A DNA stretch of 64,000 bases from assembly GCA_016868035.1 (NCBI GenBank), contig VGID01000017.1, positions 430 through 64,429 of the forward strand, written 5' to 3'. The notes beneath the pieces are model-generated. The model searched no databases. It worked only from the letters and a program-made list of their open reading frames with translations, and was not told the origin of the DNA. A program made the position numbers and the translations under genes. This document shows positions 62,832-64,000 of the stretch, piece after piece (position 1 is the stretch's first letter; every line of letters starts with the position of its first letter). The stretch is from Betaproteobacteria bacterium (GTDB taxonomy: Bacteria > Pseudomonadota > Gammaproteobacteria > Burkholderiales > SG8-41).

Positions 62832-63275
62832 ATGTACAAGCACATAGTGATCTACACCGATGGTTCGAGGCTTTCCCGCAAGACGCTCGTCGCGGGCATC
62901 CGGCTCGCCAAGCTGGCGAAGGGGCGTGTGACCGTGCTCTACGGGGTCGAGCGTTTCGATCCGATGATCTACGCTGAAGGATACGTCGCGGAGCCGGCCT
63001 GGGTGGAGGACTACGAGCGCTCGAGCCGCGAGCACGGCAAATCCTACCTGCGCCGCGCCGAGCAGCTGGCGGAGAAATCGGGCGTGTCCTGCACGACGCG
63101 GCTGGTGACCGTAAGCCGGCCGTACCAGGAAATCATCTCCACCGCCCGGTCGCGGGACTGCGATACGATCGTGATGCCCTCGCGCGGGCGCAAGGGCCTG
63201 ACGGCGATGCTGCTCGGCAGCGGGACGCTGGAAGTTCTCAGCCGCTGCAAGCGGCCGGTCCTCGTGGTGCGCTGA
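62832..63275 (+). CDS. Universal stress protein (UspA family)
   Basis: MYKHIVIYTDGSRLSRKTLVAGIRLAKLAKGRVTVLY ... IVMPSRGRKGLTAMLLGSGTLEVLSRCKRPVLVV. RBS gggagg. Confidence 0.85.
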   Translation: MYKHIVIYTDGSRLSRKTLVAGIRLAKLAKGRVTVLYGVERFDPMIYAEGYVAEPAWVEDYERSSREHGKSYLRRAEQLAEKSGVSCTTRLVTVSRPYQEIISTARSRDCDTIVMPSRGRKGLTAMLLGSGTLEVLSRCKRPVLVVR

Positions 63276-63287
63276 GCAGCGGCCGAT

Positions 63288-64000
63288 TCAACCCGGGCGG
63301 GCGCTCGCCGGCACCGCGCCGACCGCGGGAAGACGCGGCACCCGCTCGATCCGCCAGTTCGCGACCGCCCATTGCCAGACGTCGACCGCGCCGGCTCGCG
63401 CAAGCTCCGCCGGTGGGCGCTGGCCGAGAAAGTCCAGCGCCGCGACCAATGCGGAGGCCGGATCGTTCCCGTCCACCGGCGGGGCGAGCGTCTGTTTCGA
63501 GAGCTTCTCGCCTCTTTCGTTCACCGCCACCGGAAGGTGGGCGTAACGCGGCTGCGGCAGTCCGAGCAGCTGTTGCAGGTGGATCTGGCGCGGCGTGGAC
63601 GCGAGGAGATCCGCCCCGCGCACGACATCGCTGATGTCCTGCTCGGCGTCGTCCACCACCACCGCCAGTTGGTAGGCGTACACGCGGTCAGCGCGGTAGA
63701 CCACGAAATCGCCGATCTCCTTCTCCACGTCCTGCGCGATGCGGCCTTGCACCGCGTCATCGAATGCGATCGCGGCGCCGCGGGTGAGCACGCGCAGCGC
63801 CCGCGCGCCCTCGCGCGCAGCCGGGCGCTCGCGGCAGGTGCCCGGATACACGCGGCCTTCGACGCCGGCTACCGCCGAGTCCGCGATCTCGCGCCGGCTG
63901 CATGCGCACGTGTAGACCGCGCCTTGCCCGCGCAGCCGCTCCAGCGCGCCGCGATAGGCATCGGTGCGCGTGCTTTGATAGAGCACCGGCCCGTCCCAGT
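63288..64000 (-). CDS. gluQ: Glutamyl-Q tRNA(Asp) synthetase (C-terminal two thirds; gene continues past the window end)
   Basis: VLYQSTRTDAYRGALERLRGQGAVYTCACSRREI, GDFVVYRADRVYAYQLAVVVDDAEQDISDVVRGADLL and PRYAHLPVAVNERGEKLSKQ. The reading frame is open to position 64000. Confidence 0.85.
   Translation of the reverse strand, partial: WDGPVLYQSTRTDAYRGALERLRGQGAVYTCACSRREIADSAVAGVEGRVYPGTCRERPAAREGARALRVLTRGAAIAFDDAVQGRIAQDVEKEIGDFVVYRADRVYAYQLAVVVDDAEQDISDVVRGADLLASTPRQIHLQQLLGLPQPRYAHLPVAVNERGEKLSKQTLAPPVDGNDPASALVAALDFLGQRPPAELARAGAVDVWQWAVANWRIERVPRLPAVGAVPASARPG

Noticed and set aside
1-64000. Scan for tRNA, rRNA, CRISPR arrays, transposase, integrase or phage genes
   Set aside because: Nothing resembling these was seen by eye on either strand. 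The only mobile-element-like sequence is the 272-bp MITE.

Overview
Visibly GC-rich (about two-thirds G+C by eye) bacterial chromosomal segment. Its gene content (Bug/TctC-type binding protein, phasin, TRAP transporter, many c-di-GMP proteins) suggests a free-living proteobacterium, possibly a betaproteobacterium; the taxon cannot be fixed from here. I support about 60 protein-coding genes. I saw no rRNA, tRNA, CRISPR array, transposase or integrase genes.

Layout:
- 1-9.5 kb: trehalose and osmotic-stress genes (treZ fragment, malQ, a deleted treY remnant, MscS-type channel, otsA, a CPA2-type antiporter, ybdK).
- 9.6-18.7 kb: a secreted internally duplicated protein, USP, GGDEF, NfeD/SPFH pair, ferric-reductase-like oxidoreductase, P-type ATPase.
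- 18.9-26.5 kb: a 10-gene Mrp-like cation/proton antiporter cluster in E-F-G-B-B-C-D-D-x-D order, interrupted by a 272-bp MITE-like element.
- 26.7-36.9 kb: a TRAP transporter plus amidase, dehydrogenase and malyl-CoA-lyase-like genes.
- 37.2-40.3 kb: a large PAS-GAF-GGDEF-EAL protein carrying a 3 x 87-bp in-frame tandem repeat.
- 40.5-48.8 kb: CBS, CinA-like, phasin, an Mla/Mce-like ABC system, HIT, and another GGDEF-EAL protein.
- 49.2-55.7 kb: the most unusual locus. A co-directional cluster starts with a secreted monoheme c-type cytochrome flanked by (N-P-C-A-A/P-K/R)n repeats and a paralogous secreted protein that is almost entirely such Pro-Cys repeats. These are followed by a His-rich hypothetical, DUF302, YeeE/YedE, DUF3179 (CPLC motif) and an ECF sigma / HxxxCxxC anti-sigma pair.
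- 55.8-64 kb: oxidoreductase, cupin and creatininase genes, Bug, patatin, USP, gluQ.

Other notable items in the last block:
- A carboxymuconolactone-decarboxylase/AhpD-like gene has an in-frame TGA exactly at the second Cys of its CxxC motif, followed by a SECIS-like hairpin. It is a candidate selenoprotein.
- A CXXCW-motif rhodanese-like gene is split by a G8 homopolymer frameshift.
- Several short intergenic repeat families are present.

All family calls come from motif recognition by eye. None has been checked against a database.
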